A stretch of DNA of 62,270 nt, filler included, from an uncultured bacterium (lineage in GTDB: Bacteria > CAYJOG01): assembly GCA_964371695.1 (NCBI GenBank). It is 7 parts of 7 records of this genome, joined end to end, with 100 filler letters (N's around TTAATTAATTAA, not from the genome) between each part and the next. Parts side by side here need not be neighbours in the genome. Positions count along the whole stretch, not along the records: positions 26,841 to 35,637 come from CAYJOG010000089.1; positions 35,738 to 44,532 come from CAYJOG010000090.1; 5 more parts are not named here. One strand, written 5' to 3'. Both the position numbers and the translations under genes were made by a program. Below are positions 28,839 through 38,320 of the stretch, in pieces (within the stretch, counting starts at the first letter, position 1; each line of letters starts with the position of its first letter). Below the pieces are notes generated by a model. That model ran no database searches, was not told the origin of the DNA, and saw nothing but the letters and a program-made list of their open reading frames with translations.

Positions 28839-30179
28839 ATGAAATGGGCTTTGGTGGTGGATGACGACCCGGCGTCGGTGGAAATTCTGAGCCGCATGTT
28901 GCGCGAAACGGGGTTTCACGCCGTGCCCGCCGCCAGCGCCGAAACCGCCCTGGAGCAACTGACCGCCGCAAGTTTCGAGGTGATTCTGCTGGACGTGAAC
29001 CTGCCGGGTAAAAGCGGCGTGGAGGCGCTGCCGGAGATATTGCGGGCGGCGCGCCAGACACCGGTGATCATGGTGAGCGCCTATGGCGCGGTGCCGGTGG
29101 TGGTGCAGGCCATGCAGCACGGCGCACGGGATTTTCTGGAAAAACCCGTGGACCCGGAAAAACTGCGGGAGCGCCTGGGGGCGCTGGGCAAGCGGCAAGA
29201 GCACCGCGAACCCACCGACTTTGGCCTGCTGGGCCGCAGCCCCGCGCTGGCGCGTCTGTTTGAGCAGCTCAAGACAGTGGCCAGCACCAGCGCGCCGGTG
29301 TTGCTCATGGGCCAGAGCGGCACGGGCAAAGAGGTGGCGGCGCGGGCCATACACCGTTTGTCGTCAGTCAGCGCCGGGCCGTTTGTGGCGGTGAATCTGG
29401 CGGCGGTTTCGCCCACGCTGATAGAAAGCGAATTGTTTGGTCATCAGGCCGGGGCCTATACCGGCGCGGACGTGGCGCGGGAGGGGTACTTCCGTGCGGC
29501 GGCGGGGGGCACGGTGTTTCTCGATGAAATCGGCGACCTGCCCCTGGAGCTTCAGGCACGTCTGCTGCGGGTGGTGCAGGAAAAAGAAGTCGTGCCCATC
29601 GGCAGCACCACGCCGGTGCCCGTCACCGCCCGCGTGGTGATGGCCACCCACCGGGACCTGCAAACCATGGTGGCCCAGGGGCGTTTCCGCGAAGACCTTT
29701 ATTACCGCATCAACGCCCTCACGGTGCGCCTGCCGCCGCTCAGCCAGCGGCCCGAAGACGTGGCCGAACTGGCCCGCGCCTTTGCCGCCGAAGCGGCCCA
29801 CAGCCAGGGCAAGCCGGTGCCGGGTTTTGACGAAAACCTGCTGGCGGCCATGGGGCGCTATGCCTGGCCCGGCAACGTGCGAGAGCTGCGTCAGGTGGTG
29901 GAGCGGGCGGTGCTGTTCAACCAGGGGCCGGTGCTGTCGCGGCTGGAGCTGCCCGGTGGCGGCCTGTTGCCCGGCGAAGAAAACGGCCCCGCCCACGGTT
30001 TTGACGACGCGCAGAGCCTGGGGCTGAAAACCGCCCGCGCCCTGCACACCCGCGAAGCCGAAAAAACCGCCATCCTGCAGGCGATACAGGAAAGCAGCGG
30101 CAACATGAGCGCGGCGGCCCGCCTTTTGCAGGTGGACCGCTCCACCCTCTACCGCATGATGAAACGGCATGGGTTGTGA
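28839..30179 (+). CDS. Sigma-54-dependent response regulator (NtrC family)
   Basis: REC domain, GQSGTGKE, ESELFGH..GAYTGA, WPGNVREL and a Fis-type HTH. Confidence 0.95.
   Translation: MKWALVVDDDPASVEILSRMLRETGFHAVPAASAETALEQLTAASFEVILLDVNLPGKSGVEALPEILRAARQTPVIMVSAYGAVPVVVQAMQHGARDFLEKPVDPEKLRERLGALGKRQEHREPTDFGLLGRSPALARLFEQLKTVASTSAPVLLMGQSGTGKEVAARAIHRLSSVSAGPFVAVNLAAVSPTLIESELFGHQAGAYTGADVAREGYFRAAAGGTVFLDEIGDLPLELQARLLRVVQEKEVVPIGSTTPVPVTARVVMATHRDLQTMVAQGRFREDLYYRINALTVRLPPLSQRPEDVAELARAFAAEAAHSQGKPVPGFDENLLAAMGRYAWPGNVRELRQVVERAVLFNQGPVLSRLELPGGGLLPGEENGPAHGFDDAQSLGLKTARALHTREAEKTAILQAIQESSGNMSAAARLLQVDRSTLYRMMKRHGL
30105..30177 (+). repeat. 73-bp direct repeat, left copy (3' end of the regulator gene)
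   Basis: 72/73 identical to 31799-31871. Confidence 0.95.
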
Positions 30180-30231
30180 GAGATGGGTAGACCGATCTTT
30201 TGAAACCCGTTAGCATACCAGAGGAGATTCC

Positions 30232-31146
30232 TTGCAGACCAGTCAACCCCTCATAACGCCTTCTACGATCTTCATGGAGGGGGTGGTTTCAGCCGTCTCC
30301 AGTCCCGGCGGAGAGTTTGCGCTGTATCAGGGAAACTGTCTTGATTTGATGCCCGCAATGCCCGCTGAATCAATTGACATGATTTTTGCCGATCCACCCT
30401 ATTTTCTTTCTAATGATGGTATTACCTGTCAATCCGGCAAAATGGTGTCGGTTAACAAGGGGAAATGGGATCGCTCAATGGGGTTTCACGGAAACTACCA
30501 ATTTACGCTGTCCTGGTTAAAGGAGTGCCAAAGACTTCTAAAGCCAAATGGATCAATCTGGATTTCTGGCACTAGCCATATTATTCACATCGTGGGATGC
30601 TGTCTGGATGAACTTGGATATAAAATCCTGAATGACATTACCTGGGTAAAATCAAATCCTCCGCCTAACCTGTCATGCCGTTATTTCACCCACGCCACAG
30701 AAACCATCATCTGGGCTGGTCGAGACAAAAAATGCCGCCATAAATTCAACTACGAATTGATGAAAAAAATAAACGGTGGAAAACAAATGCTCTCTGTGTG
30801 GACCATGGACGCCCCAAGGGGAGAAGAAAAGAAATTTGGAAAACATCCCACACAAAAACCCTTGTCCTTGCTGAAAAGAATCATCGCTGCTTCTACAGAC
30901 AAAAATGATTTGGTACTGGATCCATTTTCCGGCAGTTCAACTACCGGAATCGCCGCCATCAGGATAAATAGGGGTTTTATTGGAATTGAGCTTGAAAGTG
31001 AGTACATTGAGCTGAGTCAAAAGCGACTTAATCAGTTGTCCGCTCAGGAAAAATCGCCAGACTTGTTTGAAAATATCCCGGTTGTCCCAAAAGCTTCTGT
31101 TACCAAGCAAAACCGTCTTCTTTTTGCCGAAAATGTCGAGGGATAA
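30232..31146 (+). CDS. Beta-class N6A/N4C DNA methyltransferase
   Basis: FADPPY, HPTQKP and DPFSGSSTT motifs; GAGGAG RBS before TTG; AT-rich. Confidence 0.93.
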   Translation: MQTSQPLITPSTIFMEGVVSAVSSPGGEFALYQGNCLDLMPAMPAESIDMIFADPPYFLSNDGITCQSGKMVSVNKGKWDRSMGFHGNYQFTLSWLKECQRLLKPNGSIWISGTSHIIHIVGCCLDELGYKILNDITWVKSNPPPNLSCRYFTHATETIIWAGRDKKCRHKFNYELMKKINGGKQMLSVWTMDAPRGEEKKFGKHPTQKPLSLLKRIIAASTDKNDLVLDPFSGSSTTGIAAIRINRGFIGIELESEYIELSQKRLNQLSAQEKSPDLFENIPVVPKASVTKQNRLLFAENVEG

Positions 31147-31148
31147 CA

Positions 31149-31799
31149 ATGGAGAGATCCGAGGCGCTTGAGAAGATAAGGAAGCTTGAGGGCAAGAATC
31201 TTTTAAGGATTGCCGAGGAGTTTGAGGTAACGGTTTGGAAAGATGGCAAGCTGAACAAGGGTTGGGCTGGCCACACCATTGAAAGATACTTGGGCCTTCC
31301 GTTAAACTCTTCTCGATCCCCCAATTTTGGCTCATGGGAACTAAAGCTTGTTTCATTGAATAAGAGCAAAAAGGGGGAACTGGTCCCAAAAGAAACAATG
31401 GCTATTACCATGCTTGATGTTGTTGAGGTTAGGAACAAGCCATTTAAAGAAAGCCACTTATTTACAAAATTGAGGAAGGCCGTTGTTTGTGCAAGGATAT
31501 TTGAGTCAAAAGAGGAGAAAAGCTCGTTTTTATATAAGGCAGTCGCTTTTGATCTGGAAGGAAGTGAAATGTTTGATCAAATAGAAAAGGACTATGAAGA
31601 AGTCCGTTCCGCATTAAAAAACGATAAGGTCCTAACTGGAAAAATGGGCGTTCTGATTCAACCAAGAACTAAGGGGCCTGGACATGGAAGCACAAGCCGG
31701 GCTTTTTATGCAAGAAAAATTTTTATTGCGAAAATCCTTGGGCTTGGCGGAGAGATTTCCCCCACACCCCCAGCGCCGCTGCCAGCAGGGCCACGTTGA
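31149..31799 (+). CDS. MutH/Sau3AI/MvaI-like restriction endonuclease
   Basis: NKGWAG…E..LG…NS…PNF..WELK, PKETM.IT and IQPRTKG.G motifs; AT-rich; coupled to the methyltransferase gene. Confidence 0.8.
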   Translation: MERSEALEKIRKLEGKNLLRIAEEFEVTVWKDGKLNKGWAGHTIERYLGLPLNSSRSPNFGSWELKLVSLNKSKKGELVPKETMAITMLDVVEVRNKPFKESHLFTKLRKAVVCARIFESKEEKSSFLYKAVAFDLEGSEMFDQIEKDYEEVRSALKNDKVLTGKMGVLIQPRTKGPGHGSTSRAFYARKIFIAKILGLGGEISPTPPAPLPAGPR

Positions 31800-31871
31800 T
31801 GAGCGCGGCGGCCCGCCTTTTACAGGTGGACCGCTCCACCCTCTACCGCATGATGAAACGGCATGGGTTGT
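31799..31871 (+). repeat. 73-bp direct repeat, right copy (orphan regulator 3' end followed by TAA)
   Basis: 72/73 identical to 30105-30177. Confidence 0.95.
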
Positions 31872-31880
31872 AACCCCCGC

Positions 31881-32681
31881 CTATTTCCCCACAAACGACG
31901 GCAGGGCTTTTTCGGCCAGCCAGTCCACGGCGCGGGGCGACAGGCGCTGCGCCAGACCAATGGCTTTGCCCTGCCACGTGAGGAGCACCCGTGCGGGGCG
32001 GCGGCGGGTCATGGCGCGCTCAATGGCCACGGCCACGGTGTCTGCGGCCACGCCGTTGTTTTTCATCAGACGGTTCTGGGGCCGCTCGCGCACACCCCCC
32101 AGCAGGTTTTGTTTGAAGGGCGTATCGGTGCGGCCGGGGGCAATGTCCACCACCGCCACGCCGTGGCGTTTCAGCTCTGGGCGGATGCTTTCGCCCAGCC
32201 CCACCAGGGCAAACTTGGTGGCGCAGTAGCCCCCCATATAGGGCAGGCCTCGGTAACCCACCACGCTCGACACGTTGATCACCACGCCATGGGTCTCTTT
32301 CAGCCCCGGCAGACACGCCTTGAGCACGCTGATGGCCCCCAGATAATTCACCTCCATCACCTGACGGAACAGGTCCACCGCCAGGTCTTCCAGAAAACCG
32401 TTCAGCCCCACACCGGCGTTGTTGATGAGCACGCTCACGGGGCCGAAGTGTTCCTGCGCCCGCGCCACAGCGGCGGACACCTGGGCCGGGTCGGTCACGT
32501 CCATGGGAATGACGAGGGGCGGCGCGGGGCCGCTGCATTGGCTGGCGGCCTGGATCAATTGATCTGCCTTGCGGGCGGTCATCACCACCCGGTGACCTGC
32601 CGCCACCAGCCGCCGCGCCGTGGCCAGACCAATGCCCTGGCTCGCACCCGTCAGAAACACCACTTCCGGTTTTTGAGACAT
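31881..32681 (-). CDS. SDR family oxidoreductase
   Basis: TGASQGIG, NNAG and YCATK motifs. Confidence 0.93.
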   Translation of the reverse strand: MSQKPEVVFLTGASQGIGLATARRLVAAGHRVVMTARKADQLIQAASQCSGPAPPLVIPMDVTDPAQVSAAVARAQEHFGPVSVLINNAGVGLNGFLEDLAVDLFRQVMEVNYLGAISVLKACLPGLKETHGVVINVSSVVGYRGLPYMGGYCATKFALVGLGESIRPELKRHGVAVVDIAPGRTDTPFKQNLLGGVRERPQNRLMKNNGVAADTVAVAIERAMTRRRPARVLLTWQGKAIGLAQRLSPRAVDWLAEKALPSFVGK

Positions 32682-32739
32682 GGGGCCATGCTATCAGGCG
32701 GAGCAAAAACCAGCAGCCAACGGTTTGAAGCAGCGGGTC

Positions 32740-32940
32740 GAAAGTTGGAGGCTGGAAGTTGGCGGTCGGAAAAGGTAAAAGCCTCATTGTGTCCTGGCGT
32801 CATTCCCGCGAAAGCGGGAATCCAGTTATAACCAAAAGGTTTTTTGACCTTTGTCTTGATGCCACAGGCGAGACGCCCGTGGCTACTGCGGTGTCCCCGC
32901 CGCACCCATCCAGCAGCGATGGGGACATCGCTGCTACTCA
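32740..32940. repeat. Repeat cluster: heptamer tandem repeats, a CGTC repeat and GTAG REPs
   Basis: GAAGTTG-like heptamers; CGTCATTCCCGCGAAAGCGGGAATCCAG; GCCACAGGCGAGACGCCCGTGGCTAC; GCAGCGATGGGGACATCGCTGCTAC. Confidence 0.8.
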
Positions 32941-32959
32941 TTTTGAGTCAGATGAACCA

Positions 32960-35455
32960 CTAAAAATTCACCGTCAGGGTGAAGAGCTGCTGGCTCAGAC
33001 CCATGGTGATGCTGCCGCCGCCCTGCAATTCATAGACGGCCACAAAACCACTGCCCGTGGCCGAGAGCATGTTGCTCAGCGGGTTGTAACCCGGTGGGTC
33101 GGTGATGTCCACAAAACCGGGGCCGCTGCCCTGATCCTGCACAATGCTCAGCATCAGCACCTGAGCGCTCGTCACGGCAATGGTGGTGACGCCGGGGCAG
33201 TTGATGTCGGTGAGCGCCACCTGGGCCTGGGCCACGGCCTGGGCGTCGGCGGGGTCCACCGCCCGCGCGCAATAACGGATGGACACCGAGCCGCTCACGC
33301 CCCCCTGCGCGCCGGACTCGATGAGCAGGTTTTTGGGAATCAGCACGTCGCCCACGGCGGTTTTCAGTTCGTAGGTCTGTGTGGGCGGGGCAAGGTCCAG
33401 CGCCTGCACCTGGCCCGTGGGCCACTCGGCGTTGGTTCCCCCCGGCTCACCAAAGTTCAGGCCGATGTCTGTGCTGGGGCTGATGAACAGGGGGCCGACA
33501 AAAGGCGGCAGGTCGGGCCACAGGTTGACCGACGGACTGAGATAACGGGCGTGGGCCGTGATGACGCCCACCCGCTTGAGTTTCACCGCGCCGTTTTCTT
33601 CGGTGCAGGCCTGCTCCACGGGGAACGCCCCCCCTTGCAGGCAGGTGAACCACAACTCGGCGGGTTCGTTGCGCACCACGGTGAGGCTGAGGGGCCACAC
33701 CACGGGGGCGTCCACGTTCACGGGCCGGATGTCGCCGCTTTCCAGCGGCATGACACCCGCCAGACCCGCCATGTCCGGCAGGGCGCTGATGGCCAGACGC
33801 CGGGGGGTGACCCAGTCCGTGGCCGTGTCCAGATTCAGCAGCCTTGCCCCGCTGCCCCCCAGCCCCACGGCAAAAAACGACACCGGCTGGCCCAGGCGCA
33901 CACTGGTGGAAAAAGGCGCGGCGGCGGCGGCGCAGAGGTCCAGCGAAGACTGGGGCAACTCAAAGGTCTGGCCCGGCGGCGGCACGGGAATCGGCCCCCC
34001 CTGATAACTGGCGAACAGCAGGTTGAGCGGCGGCAGGGGCGGCAGGCTGCCGCTGAGGGGGCCGTAACCCGACAGGGCCGGGTCTTGCAGCAGCAGCGTG
34101 GTGGGGCAGGTGACGATGCGGGTGTAGGTTTCTTCGACAAGCGTGAGGGCCGCCGTGCCCACGCCCTGCAGGTCCAGACCCAGCACGCCAGCGTGGCCCG
34201 CCGTCACCGAAAAGTGGTACTCCCCTGCAGGCGTCACGTTCATGCCGGTGTCGGGGTCGAAGTCGCTGGTCATCACCTGGCTGGTGGGCACGAAGTCATA
34301 AGCGCCGTCGCTCAGGGCCACGGCCAGCGCCACGTTCAGGGCCAACTGGCCCTTGTTGTTGCGGGCCACGGTTTGACTCAGGCCCCCCCCGGCGGCGGCC
34401 TGTTGAATGCAGGCCATGGCCAGGGCGGCCCGCTCGGTGGCGGTGAAGCTCGTGCCCGTCACCGGGCAGGGCACGGCGCTGTTCACCGTGAGGGCCGGCT
34501 TGAGGGTGAGGATGAGGCTGTTGCTGCTGGCCCCCTGGCTGTCGCTGGCCGAGAGGATGAGGCTGCCGCTGGCGATGGAAAGCCCCACCTTCAGGCTGGC
34601 CCCGGCGCTGGACCAGGGGAACAGGCCCGCCGGGGAATTTTCCGGCGCGGCCCCCAGACCGATGGCGGGCGAGGCGCTGAGGTCCAGGCTGCCAGCGGCC
34701 ACCTGCACCGGCGAGCCCGGCAGACAGCCGGGGCCGGAAATGGGCGTGGACGCCCGGAGGCCCATGACATAAAAAACCGCGCTGGAGGTCATTTCAAACG
34801 CCCCGGCAAAGCCGCACTCCCCCGCCTGCTGGGGGGCGCGGCGGCAGACAGAGCCGCCGGGGGCCAGACGCTGGGCGTCGGTGGGGTCCGCGAGGGGACC
34901 GCAGACGGCCACAAGGTTCAAAAATTCGTCGCCGCTCTGGCCTGCCACGGCAAACAGGGTTTTGACGGTGGAGCCGGGGGAATACCACCACACGCCTTCG
35001 TGGGGCAGAATCGCGTCGGTGGTCTGAAGGGACACATACTGGTTGTTGCGGTAAGCAAAAACCTCTTCGCCCGGCCCCAGCAGATTGCTCAGGCCCAGGG
35101 GTTCATCGAACGGGTTGCCGATGAGGTTGAAGCCGGGGTTGATGGCCACGGTGACGGGCACCAGCACGGGGTTGGGGCATTTGTCTTCAATTTCACCCGC
35201 CACACCCCCCTGCACCCAATAGCCATAACCCTGCAACAACGTGCCGGGCAGGGTGAAGTCCACACCGTCATAACCATAAGCCGGGCCGCTCAGCCCCAGG
35301 CTGCTGGGCGAGCAGGCGGGCGCGGTCATCACCCAGTCTGCTTTGGCGGCGGCGGGCAGGCCCAGCGCCAGGGCCGCCATCAGCAGCACGCGCCACAACC
35401 CAGCCCTTTTTGCGGGGCGTGGGTGATGACGCCAAAAACCGCCTTGTTGTAACAT
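32960..35455 (-). CDS. Large secreted Cys/Pro/Gly-rich hypothetical protein (start uncertain)
   Basis: Signal peptide (LLMAALALGLPAAAKA), GFNLIGNPF motif, beta-rich Ig-like segments and many Cys. Confidence 0.65.
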   Translation of the reverse strand: MLQQGGFWRHHPRPAKRAGLWRVLLMAALALGLPAAAKADWVMTAPACSPSSLGLSGPAYGYDGVDFTLPGTLLQGYGYWVQGGVAGEIEDKCPNPVLVPVTVAINPGFNLIGNPFDEPLGLSNLLGPGEEVFAYRNNQYVSLQTTDAILPHEGVWWYSPGSTVKTLFAVAGQSGDEFLNLVAVCGPLADPTDAQRLAPGGSVCRRAPQQAGECGFAGAFEMTSSAVFYVMGLRASTPISGPGCLPGSPVQVAAGSLDLSASPAIGLGAAPENSPAGLFPWSSAGASLKVGLSIASGSLILSASDSQGASSNSLILTLKPALTVNSAVPCPVTGTSFTATERAALAMACIQQAAAGGGLSQTVARNNKGQLALNVALAVALSDGAYDFVPTSQVMTSDFDPDTGMNVTPAGEYHFSVTAGHAGVLGLDLQGVGTAALTLVEETYTRIVTCPTTLLLQDPALSGYGPLSGSLPPLPPLNLLFASYQGGPIPVPPPGQTFELPQSSLDLCAAAAAPFSTSVRLGQPVSFFAVGLGGSGARLLNLDTATDWVTPRRLAISALPDMAGLAGVMPLESGDIRPVNVDAPVVWPLSLTVVRNEPAELWFTCLQGGAFPVEQACTEENGAVKLKRVGVITAHARYLSPSVNLWPDLPPFVGPLFISPSTDIGLNFGEPGGTNAEWPTGQVQALDLAPPTQTYELKTAVGDVLIPKNLLIESGAQGGVSGSVSIRYCARAVDPADAQAVAQAQVALTDINCPGVTTIAVTSAQVLMLSIVQDQGSGPGFVDITDPPGYNPLSNMLSATGSGFVAVYELQGGGSITMGLSQQLFTLTVNF

Positions 35456-35637
35456 GTGAATCCTGCCGTAAAGAGAAATACCCTGACTCTTGATTGTATC
35501 ACGGGGTGTTCAGAAACAGCGGGTGCGGTCAATCCCTGCAACATCCACCGCAGTTGCCGTGGTGGATTGCCCCTGCCCACGGCCTCATCCAAAACCGGCC
35601 GTCCTTTAACCGCAAGCGGGGTTTTGGGCGGGTTAAT

Positions 35638-35737
35638 NNNNNNNNNNNNNNNNNNNNNNNNNNNNNNNNNNNNNNNNNNNNTTAATTAATTAANNNNNNN
35701 NNNNNNNNNNNNNNNNNNNNNNNNNNNNNNNNNNNNN
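35638..35737. other. Artificial contig linker
   Basis: N-run, TTAATTAATTAA, N-run. Confidence 0.99.
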
Positions 35738-35931
35738 GCTGGGAGGTGTGTCAGGAGCTGAAAGCCACCCCCGCCACCGCCAAGGTGCCCCTGTTTTTTG
35801 TCACGGCGCGGGACGCTCCCGTCCACAAAATGGTGGGTCTGGGCATTCTCAAGGCAGACGAATACATCGTGAAACCCATCCGGCTGGATGACCTGCTCCA
35901 GCGCATTGACAAGGTGTTCCCGTCCCTTTGA
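35738..35931 (+). CDS. Response regulator receiver domain, C-terminal fragment
   Basis: EVC.ELK..P.T..VP..FVTA…ADEYIVKP motif. Confidence 0.8.
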
Positions 35932-36118
35932 GTTTGTTTTAAAAGTCCGTCGTGGACTTTTAAAACTCAACGCCATCGGGGGCAGAGCCACCCTCGGCGT
36001 GGCGAAAACCTCACCTTTTTCCAAGTTTCGGTTTTCGGGTGCGGCCATCCATGGCCGCAAGAGTCTGATTTTTTCAATACGCCTTGGGGTGTAATCCGTT
36101 AAACTATTGAACGAATCC

Positions 36119-36892
36119 ATGATTCCCAGAGTCATTACCGGCATCGAAGGACTGGACGCCATGCTCAAAGGTGGTGTGCCCCAGCACAGCGCCGTGCTGG
36201 TGGTGGGGCCGCCGGGCACGGGCAAAACCACACTGGGGCTTCAGGCCATTTACACCGGGGCCACACGTTTTAACGAGCCAGGACTGGTGGTGACATTTGA
36301 GGAATTTCCAGACCAGATGTACCGCGACGCGCAGGAAATCGGCATGGACCTGAAATCGCTGGAAAGCCGGGGCATGCTGCGCACGATTTTCACCAGCCCC
36401 GAAGTGTTCAAGCAGGAACTGGAAAAACCCATGGGGCTGATCAGCGAAACGGTGAACGAACTGGGCTGCAAGCGCATTTTCATCGACAGTGTGTCGCACT
36501 TTCGCCGCGTCACCAACGGCCAGCCGTCTGCCGATGACGAAGTGCTCACCAGCCTGGTAAACGGCCTGAAACGGGAGAAACTCACCTCGTTTTTCACCTA
36601 CGAATCCATGGACCTGCTGGGCGAGCAACACGGCATGGAAACCCGCATGGCCTATATCGTGGACACCCTGGTGTTCATGAAATACGTGGAAATTGACAGC
36701 GAAATCCAGCGGGCGCTGTTTGTGCTGAAATCCCGCGGCACCGATCACGACAAGGAAATCCGCCAATACGACATCGCCCAGGGCGGCATTCAGGTGCGCG
36801 GCAAGTTTGAAGACCGCGAGGGCCTGCTGGGGGGCGGCGCACGGCGCAGTTTCAAGTCGGGATTTGTGCAGGCGTTCCGGCGGGGCACGTGA
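36119..36892 (+). CDS. Single-domain KaiC/RAD55-like ATPase
   Basis: TGIEGLD.ML.GG.P, GPPGTGKT, TFEE, IDS and R.L.VLKSRG..H motifs. Confidence 0.9.
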   Translation: MIPRVITGIEGLDAMLKGGVPQHSAVLVVGPPGTGKTTLGLQAIYTGATRFNEPGLVVTFEEFPDQMYRDAQEIGMDLKSLESRGMLRTIFTSPEVFKQELEKPMGLISETVNELGCKRIFIDSVSHFRRVTNGQPSADDEVLTSLVNGLKREKLTSFFTYESMDLLGEQHGMETRMAYIVDTLVFMKYVEIDSEIQRALFVLKSRGTDHDKEIRQYDIAQGGIQVRGKFEDREGLLGGGARRSFKSGFVQAFRRGT

Positions 36893-37161
36893 GCGACTTC
36901 AGCCTCGTGGCCTGGGGCCTTGCGGGGCTGGCAGGGCTGCACCTGTGGCTCATGTGGCGCATCAGCGGTTATCACCAGCGGATTCTGAAGGTCAAACCGG
37001 GCACTGCCCTTTACCCCGCCGTGCTGGGCCTGCTGGCCGTGGGGCTGGCGGGCAGCCTGTTTTTGCCCCAGATTCAGTCCCAGGCCGTGACAGAGATGCT
37101 GCTGGGCACCGCTCTTTATTTGTGTGGTGTGCATCTGGCCCATAACATGCTTCTGAAATAA
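36889..37161 (+). CDS. Small membrane protein (about 3 TM helices)
   Basis: 90-aa hydrophobic ORF whose start overlaps the ATPase stop codon. Confidence 0.65.
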   Translation: MSDFSLVAWGLAGLAGLHLWLMWRISGYHQRILKVKPGTALYPAVLGLLAVGLAGSLFLPQIQSQAVTEMLLGTALYLCGVHLAHNMLLK

Positions 37162-37182
37162 CCTCAAGCTGTTCTCTGGATC

Positions 37183-37479
37183 ATGGAACATTCGCCTCTG
37201 CTCTGGTTTGGCCACATGGCGCTTTCGCTGGGCGCGGCGGTGGCTTTTGCCGCCATGGGGCTGATCAGCCGCAAGCTGGCCGAGGCACTGCGCACCCACC
37301 GGGCCTGGCAGCTTTATTTTGTTTCGGCGGGTTTGAGTCTTTTTGCCCCGGCTGGTGATATACTACTAGGAAGTGAAATGGTGGATGTTCACACCCTGTT
37401 TTTGGGAGGCGCACTGCTCTTGAGCCTTGTTCCCGCCTGGATGCATTGGCACTGGCTGTTGCTGGGAAAAGACCAATGA
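37183..37479 (+). CDS. Small membrane protein (about 3 TM helices)
   Basis: 98-aa hydrophobic ORF whose stop overlaps the next ATG. Confidence 0.65.
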   Translation: MEHSPLLWFGHMALSLGAAVAFAAMGLISRKLAEALRTHRAWQLYFVSAGLSLFAPAGDILLGSEMVDVHTLFLGGALLLSLVPAWMHWHWLLLGKDQ

Positions 37480-38306
37480 GCGACACACAGACCATGGATC
37501 TGCTGGTGGTGGACGACGACACCGATCTGTTGAAGCTGCTCAAAACCACCTTTGAGATGGAAGGATTCCGGGTGCGCACGGCCACCGCCGGGCCGGAGGG
37601 CCTCAAGGCGGTTTATGAACACCCCCCTGACGCGGTGATATTGGACGTGCGCCTGCCGGGCATGAACGGCTTTGAAGTGTGCAAGGAACTGAAACTGCAA
37701 CGCACCTACAACCTGCTGCCGGTGCTCATGCTCACCGCCCGCTCACGCAACGAAGACCGCATCGAGGGGCTCATCACCGGGGCAGACGCCTATGTCACCA
37801 AACCCTTTGACACCGAAGAACTGGTGAAACTGGTGAAGGAAGCCATCGAAGAAGCCAACCACCGGCGCGAGAACATGGGCATGGTGGAAACAATTTCTTT
37901 TGACATGAAATCCGAGTTCCGGTTTCTCGAAGAAATCAACGGCCTGATGAGCCGATTGTTCCAGGATTCCGACCTGTCTTCGGAGGAAATCTGGGAAATG
38001 AAACTGGCTCTGCACGAACTGGGTGTGAACGCCATCGAACACGGCAATCAGAAAGACCAGGACAAGCTGGTGCGCATCACCTACACCATTTTCAAGGACC
38101 GCCTGGAAATCACCGTGGAAGACGAAGGGGAAGGATTTGACCCCGAAACCCTGCCCGACCCCACCGAGGGCGACGCCCTGGTGCGCGACCGGGGCCGGGG
38201 CGTGTATCTGGTGAAACGCATGATGGACGGCGTGGAATATCTGGGCCGGGGCAACGCAGTACGCCTGACCAAGCTGCTGCAACACTCGGCGGCCACGGGG
38301 CACTGA
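37476..38306 (+). CDS. Receiver domain fused to an RsbW-like anti-sigma/Ser kinase HATPase
   Basis: REC (VVDDD, ILDVRLP, LTA, TKPF), then LALHEL.VNAIEHGN, DEGEGFD and GRGVYL motifs. Confidence 0.9.
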   Translation: MSDTQTMDLLVVDDDTDLLKLLKTTFEMEGFRVRTATAGPEGLKAVYEHPPDAVILDVRLPGMNGFEVCKELKLQRTYNLLPVLMLTARSRNEDRIEGLITGADAYVTKPFDTEELVKLVKEAIEEANHRRENMGMVETISFDMKSEFRFLEEINGLMSRLFQDSDLSSEEIWEMKLALHELGVNAIEHGNQKDQDKLVRITYTIFKDRLEITVEDEGEGFDPETLPDPTEGDALVRDRGRGVYLVKRMMDGVEYLGRGNAVRLTKLLQHSAATGH

Positions 38307-38320
38307 GCGGAGCCTCGCCC

